Source: Vicugna vicugna
Lineage: Eukaryota
Assembly: GCA_013265495.1 (NCBI GenBank)
Contig: MU058781.1
Span: 6,848,522 to 6,912,521, forward strand
Reading direction: 5' to 3'
DNA length: 64,000 bases
In this document: positions 60,601-64,000 of the stretch, one piece after another
Layout: each line of letters opens with the position of its first letter
How positions within the stretch are numbered: the first letter of the stretch is position 1
The notes under the pieces: generated by a model
What the model saw: the letters and a program-made list of their open reading frames with translations, nothing else
What the model was told of the DNA's origin: nothing
Databases searched by the model: none
Position numbers and translations under genes: made by a program

Positions 60601-63446
60601 CAAGGTCCACTCATTTACTACAAGGGAGTCAAGAGGCGGGGCACGAGGCATCCCTTTTGCTGGTGCAGCTTGTCCTGTAAGTGGCATGTTTCTGGAGCGG
60701 GTAGCAATAGTAATGGCTCCTGATTGCAGCAGTGGTAACCCAGTTCCAGGGCCAGAAATTTCCTGATTGTATGGAGAGACAGCGGCTCTCTTTGATGGCC
60801 TGGTTTTGTGAGCTGTTCTTGAAGGGTCTAAATGATTCTGTAAGCCAGTTGAAAACCTGCAATAAATTGCTTCCTCCTTAAAGAGAAAAGTTGTGTGGCT
60901 TTACCTGATTATAATAATCCCTAATGTTTGTGATGTGCTTTACCATTTATGAAGCATACGGATGTATATTGTAAGAGTTTCAGTTCTAAGCATTTCCCCA
61001 ATCCTTTAAGGTTAGTAGGGCAGGTATTACCTTGGCCACACATTAGAAAGTGTCAGGAATGAAAATCTAGTTCTCCTGACTCCATATTTAGGGCTCTTTC
61101 CTCTTATAACACTGCTTTTCAGGATCGAGATCTGCTGACGCTTCTTACCCAGAGTTATTATTAACCATCAAAACTTTAATGCAGATTCCTCCATGTGAGT
61201 GTTGCTTCTGCTCAGCCAGTCACCCTTGTGCAGTGAACAACCTGCACAGTTGTACATGGCAGCCCTTGTTCTAACAGGTATAACAACATAGGATGCTATC
61301 ATCTCATGACTGGCAGTAGAAAGGAGGGTCCTTTAGGTGTTGAGATTTTCCTGGAAATGAACACACTGAGAGTTAGGTCGAGTTGCTGTTTGTGTATTAA
61401 CTGTTCATTCTTTCCCACAGGTATTAGTCACTGTACCACTGGCCTTACTGCAGAAAGGAGCCATTCAGTTTAATCCACCGTTGTCAGACAAGAAGATGAA
61501 GGCGATCAACAGCTTAGGTGCAGGCATCATTGAAAAGGTAACTGAATTCCTGCAGCCTCAGAACTGGAAAGATGAGTATCAGACGACGGGAGTTCCTAAA
61601 CTTCTGACACTGGGAAGTAGAGGGGAATGTTTGAATCCACATCACATTCGAAGATGTCCTTTTCATTTGGGTAATTATTCGTGAAGAATATAAAAGGATA
61701 TTACCAAAACAAAAAGGCGAGCTGGCTGAGGTCTGTGAGTTTTGATTTTAGGAGACAGAATCTTGTTATTCAGAATTTGAACTGAGTATGTAAATAAGCA
61801 AGTCTTATTTTATTTTTTTCCTGCTTTCCATGTCTGCCCTCCACTAATTGGCCCCAATGAGGAGAGTGTTTTACCTCCTCTGCCTACAAAGGCTCCCTTA
61901 GCAGAAGCTGCCAGTGTTACAGCAGATACCGGCAGACCTATGAGTAGTAAGAATTTATCTCATGGACGTAAGCTTCAGGACCAAGTCTCAGGAATGCTTT
62001 GCATCTTCAGATTAGCCTAGAGGTTATCAGTGGGTCCCACCGTTATCCGTGGGAGTACAGGGTTGAAGGGCATGAAAAACCAAATGCTCACAGAGAGACC
62101 AGAGGAGGTAGGAGAATGGAAAGGGAATATTTAGAAATGTTTGTTTTTTTTTGAACATCATTTTTTTTTAATTGAAGCATTTGAAGAGCTGTAGGTTGCG
62201 TCTTAGAGTCTGCTGTACTTTCAAGAAACTCTTAACCATCTTTCTCTTGCTCCCTTTCCAGATTGCCTTGCAATTTCCTTATAGATTTTGGGACAGTAAA
62301 GTTCAAGGGGCTGACTTTTTTGGTCACGTTCCTCCCAGTGCCAGCAAGCGAGGGCTTTTTGCTGTGTTCTATGACATGGATCCCCAGGTAAAACCGTTGG
62401 TGAGGTGTGGTTTGAATTCCTTTACTGTGGTTTAGAATTTGGTTTGGCAATTACTCATGGGTGGAGCCCAGGAACTAATGGACATTGTGGACAATGTTTA
62501 TATTGTATGTTTGTACTTTGGGGGGACCCTCAGACTGGGGCATTTTTCTATAGGAAAGTTATCTGCCATACTTTGCTTGAAGTACTAATGTTGCTCCCTG
62601 GGAAATGAATTCGTTGCAGTGGAAATGTCTTATTTCAGGCTGATGGAGGAATTCCTCTTAGGGAAAGTTGGAGACAGGACAATAATGAGTGGTACTTAAA
62701 ACGTACTCCCAGAGGGTCCTCCAGTGAGCCTGTTGGGCGAGGGGTGGGATATGATTGGCCCAAGTGAGGGTGGGTCGTAGAATCAACAGATGTGATTGGT
62801 TGGGGAAGGTAGACGAGGAGAGGACATGCCTGGGGCTTGAAAGTGATGGTTGTGTCGATGTCCTACCAAAGAACCACCGTTGTCTTTCCACCTGTCTCTG
62901 TTCCAAGACACTGTCTTAAATGGTTTCACATGGGAGCCAAGGGCAACCATGCCTTTACCATGCAAGAAGCTTTTCTCCCTTTACTTTATCTGCAGACTTC
63001 CCTTCCCAATCTCATTCTCCTTCTTCTAAAACAAGTTCTTAGAAGGGAAGAACCAAGAGTACCTGGAATTTGATATTTGCGCGACTTCTGGAGTTTTTCC
63101 AGCAGGGAACAGTAAAACACACAGAAGAATAATGGATGAGTGTGTGTGAGGGAAATGGGACTGGGTGATGGAAAGGAGGCTGTGGGACAGTAGGAAGTGA
63201 CGACATTTGATGTGCGAGCATGAGGTCCTTGTCTGTTTGGAATGTGCGTCTGGAGACTCCTGTGCCCAAAGCCAGGAGTGTAAAGTGCTTCTCCCCGCCC
63301 CGTGTCCTGTGTCCCTCGCCCAGAAGCAGCACAGCGTGCTGATGTCGGTGGTCGCGGGGGAGGCGGTGGCGGCCGTCAGGAGCCTGGAGGACAAGCAGGT
63401 GCTGCAGCAGTGCATGGCGACCCTGCGCGAGCTCTTCAAGGAGCAG
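27383..63446 (+). CDS. KDM1B: Lysine-specific histone demethylase 1B (LSD2/AOF1); 18 coding exons, 742 codons, 3'-partial (continues past the window)
   Basis: Exons splice in frame (2226 nt, all GT-AG). They encode the N-terminal zinc finger, zf-CW ([12 protein letters not shown]), SWIRM, the FAD-binding GAGPAG motif, and an amine oxidase domain with GAGIIEK (catalytic Lys, human K661). Confidence 0.98.
28290..28417 (+). CDS. KDM1B: KDM1B coding exon 2
   Basis: [46 protein letters not shown] bounded. Confidence 0.96.
29437..29526 (+). CDS. KDM1B: KDM1B coding exon 3
   Basis: [33 protein letters not shown] bounded. Confidence 0.96.
30076..30187 (+). CDS. KDM1B: KDM1B coding exon 4
   Basis: [41 protein letters not shown] bounded. 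Confidence 0.96.
30740..32230 (-). mobile_element. L1 (L1MB/L1MC-like) fragments
   Basis: Antisense L1 3'UTR/ORF2 phrases (tacaattcagtggcatttagtacattcacagtgttgtgcaacc; tgaagtggtatctc; gatttgcaaatattttct). Confidence 0.8.
32553..32669 (+). CDS. KDM1B: KDM1B coding exon 5 (zf-CW)
   Basis: [43 protein letters not shown] bounded. Confidence 0.96.
32770..33260. mobile_element. Old MaLR LTR (MLT1-like)
   Basis: ctaacagaacctcaactatactggcttaacc...ctcattggccagaacaggatcatg. Confidence 0.5.
33928..34059 (-). mobile_element. tRNA-derived SINE (vic-1-like)
   Basis: ggaggtaattaggtttt...ggaccttgtgcatgccaagcactcactctaccacttgaactataccctcccc. Confidence 0.85.
34280..37130 (-). mobile_element. Old L1 (L1M-type) fragments
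   Basis: Antisense L1 phrases (cattgtggttttaatttgcatttccctg; ttgaggaagttcctt; aaccttgcattcctgg). Confidence 0.75.
35760..35976. mobile_element. MER58A-like hAT-Charlie element nested in L1
   Basis: ggggtcaacaaact...tttttgtaaataaagttttattggaac...tgtctatggctgcttt...gtttactgtctggcc. Confidence 0.8.
38304..38436 (-). mobile_element. tRNA-derived SINE (vic-1-like)
   Basis: Head and tail; 18-bp TSD CAAGAAAYAGTAATTTCT at 38286-38303 and 38437-38454. Confidence 0.9.
39200..40610 (-). mobile_element. Old L1 (L1ME-like) fragments
   Basis: Degenerate antisense L1 3' phrases (gatgcatccatg...cttcatt; gaattgccaggccatatggta). Confidence 0.55.
40619..40922 (+). mobile_element. Tigger1 internal-deletion derivative
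   Basis: 5' CAGGCAAACCT...cttcgcagatactgcgttttttaca and 3' ggtctggaactgaacccacaatgtctctgagatatgtctgTA match the recalled Tigger1 ends. Confidence 0.8.
40952..41070 (+). mobile_element. tRNA-derived SINE (vic-1-like)
   Basis: ggggagggtacagctccgtggtagag...ggttcaatccccagtacc...aaataaacctaatcacc. Confidence 0.88.
41087..41401. mobile_element. MER2-like Tigger element
   Basis: ggattagttccaggaaccc...ataccaaaatcc...gctcaagctccttatataaatggcgtag...gatgcggagggccaactgta. Confidence 0.8.
41691..41729 (+). CDS. KDM1B: KDM1B coding exon 6 (39-nt small exon)
   Basis: [26 protein letters not shown]. Confidence 0.95.
41851..41988 (-). mobile_element. tRNA-derived SINE (vic-1-like)
   Basis: ggaggtactggggattgaacccaggacctcctgcatg...ctgagctacaccctccc. 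Confidence 0.88.
42605..42644. repeat. (AC)20 perfect microsatellite
   Basis: Read directly. Confidence 0.97.
43033..43475. mobile_element. MaLR LTR (MLT1C/D-like)
   Basis: ttagtttcctagggctgcc...ccacaaactgggtggcttaaa...catctgcaaagacc...ccaaataaggtcacattctga. Confidence 0.8.
45094..45298 (+). CDS. KDM1B: KDM1B coding exon 7 (linker)
   Basis: [68 protein letters not shown]; donor G|GTGAG. Confidence 0.95.
45930..46690 (+). mobile_element. L1 3' fragments (sense orientation)
   Basis: ctttgaccctaggaatttatcctaa; gcattgtttacagtag; ttgcaagatgaagacgttct...aattttatgg. Confidence 0.6.
46908..47092 (+). CDS. KDM1B: KDM1B coding exon 8 (SWIRM)
   Basis: (V)[67 protein letters not shown]. Confidence 0.96.
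47185..47392. mobile_element. MER20 DNA transposon relic
   Basis: ggggactgtcctgtgctttgtaggatgtttaagcagcgtcc...cactagatgctagtagcac...gagaaccact. Confidence 0.8.
47396..47520 (-). mobile_element. Short young L1 3' end with a 15-bp TSD
   Basis: Perfect TTGAGAACCACTTTA at 47381-47395 and 47521-47535 around an antisense L1 tail. Confidence 0.82.
49055..49650 (-). mobile_element. L1 (L1MB-like) 3' fragment
   Basis: ggtaaaatacacacaacataaaatttacc...tttcatgtaaatggaatcataca...gctttttgaggaacc. Confidence 0.8.
49696..49872 (+). CDS. KDM1B: KDM1B coding exon 9
   Basis: [65 protein letters not shown]. Confidence 0.96.
50246..50320 (+). CDS. KDM1B: KDM1B coding exon 10 (FAD-binding GxGxxG)
   Basis: [30 protein letters not shown]. 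Confidence 0.97.
50961..50986. repeat. (AC)13 microsatellite
   Basis: Read directly. Confidence 0.95.
52202..52299 (-). mobile_element. tRNA-derived SINE (vic-1-like)
   Basis: Perfect 14-bp TSD TGGAATACTGTTTA at 52188-52201 and 52300-52313. Confidence 0.9.
52629..52766 (+). CDS. KDM1B: KDM1B coding exon 11
   Basis: [52 protein letters not shown]. Confidence 0.96.
53023..53234. mobile_element. MER53 palindromic hAT MITE
   Basis: TIRs TAGGGTTGCC / GGCAACCCTA, internal dyad symmetry, 8-bp flanks CATTGTTT/TATAGTTT. Confidence 0.85.
53672..53843 (+). CDS. KDM1B: KDM1B coding exon 12
   Basis: [62 protein letters not shown]. Confidence 0.96.
54521..54666 (-). mobile_element. tRNA-derived SINE (vic-1-like)
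   Basis: atggaggtactggggattgaacccaggacctcttgcatgctaagcacg...ccactgagctataccc; flanks GGCAGGAT. Confidence 0.85.
56789..56916 (+). CDS. KDM1B: KDM1B coding exon 13
   Basis: (E)[47 protein letters not shown]. Confidence 0.96.
57704..57835 (+). CDS. KDM1B: KDM1B coding exon 14
   Basis: [50 protein letters not shown]. Confidence 0.96.
58433..58507 (+). CDS. KDM1B: KDM1B coding exon 15
   Basis: [30 protein letters not shown]. Confidence 0.96.
58715..58960. mobile_element. hAT-Charlie relic (MER103/MER112-like)
   Basis: aaaggctctgagaagtcctg...aaacctgttttactttgtttaa. Confidence 0.5.
59412..59571. mobile_element. MER5A-like element
   Basis: CAGTGGTCCTCA...GGAGAACCACTG ends; ggctgcaccttagaattacctggg. 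Confidence 0.75.
60430..60885 (+). mobile_element. Old ERVL LTR (LTR16-like)
   Basis: ttcccagactcccttgcagct...ccagtcagatg...aataaattgcttcct. Confidence 0.5.
61421..61537 (+). CDS. KDM1B: KDM1B coding exon 16 (ends at the catalytic Lys)
   Basis: [44 protein letters not shown]. Confidence 0.96.
62262..62387 (+). CDS. KDM1B: KDM1B coding exon 17
   Basis: [47 protein letters not shown]. Confidence 0.96.
63324..63446 (+). CDS. KDM1B: KDM1B coding exon 18
   Basis: [49 protein letters not shown]. Confidence 0.95.
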
Positions 63447-63609
63447 GTCAGACACACCCTCTCAGAAAAGAGAAAGCCATGCTTGCTGTTAACGTCTTGT
63501 GCTCTTCCAACCCAGAACCAACTGTCATGGAGGACAGAGGGACTCAAGACAGGGGCAGGGGGCCACACCCTTGTTTTGTTTCAGTATCCAACTTTCCACT
63601 TAAGCGCTT

Positions 63610-63950
63610 GGATTTGTTTTTTCCGGGCTGCCGTAACAAAAATGCCACCAGCTGGGTGGTTTAAACACCAGAGGCATATTTTCTCGCAGTCCTGGAGGCT
63701 GGAAGTCCAAGATTGAAGTGTCACAGATGGCTGCCCTCTCCCTGTGTCCTCACATGGTTGCGGCTCTGTGTTGTCCGTGTGCTAATCTCCTCTTCTTAGA
63801 AGGACGCCTGTCATGCTGGATTAAGGCCCACCCTAATGACCCCATTTGGACTTAAGTACCTCGTCAAAGGCCCTGTCTCAGATACAGTCACAGTCTGAGG
63901 TACTGAGGGTTAGGGGTTCATCGTCTGAATTGGGGGGTATATGTAACAGT
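63610..63950. mobile_element. MaLR LTR (MLT1A/B-like)
   Basis: gggctgccgtaacaaaa...ctgggtggtttaaac...ggaggctggaagtccaagat...acagtcacagtctgaggtactg. Confidence 0.8.
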
Positions 63951-64000
63951 ACCCCATCCCTCCTTTTAAGCTGTTGTCTCCTTTTTTTCTGACATCATGC

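Noticed and set aside
63026..63568. 180-aa and 138-aa antisense ORFs (similarly 46851-47288 and 58292-58684)
   Set aside because: Shadows of GC3-rich or coding KDM1B exons on the opposite strand

Overview
Mammalian genomic DNA, most likely a camelid: it carries at least 12 copies of a tRNA-derived SINE resembling the camelid vic-1 family. The window holds a head-to-head gene pair sharing one CpG-island promoter (~23.3-24.7 kb). On the minus strand is the complete TPMT gene (8 coding exons, 738 nt, 245 aa, all GT-AG introns). On the plus strand is KDM1B/LSD2 (2 putative non-coding exons plus 18 coding exons, 742 codons); its C-terminal exons lie beyond the window. The rest is intron or intergenic DNA full of L1/HAL1, L2, MIR, MER/Tigger and LTR relics. 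I found no evidence of a wholly new biological system. The best leads are locus-level: inverted SINEs flanking the 39-nt exon that carries the last CW zinc ligand, a MER53 hairpin with a miR-1302-like seed, a TPMT uORF overlapping the start codon, a (GCC)7 promoter repeat, His215 in TPMT, a 100%-GC3 KDM1B exon, and young TSD-flanked insertions. Repeat family names and human comparisons are from memory, not from a database search; repeat boundaries are approximate.
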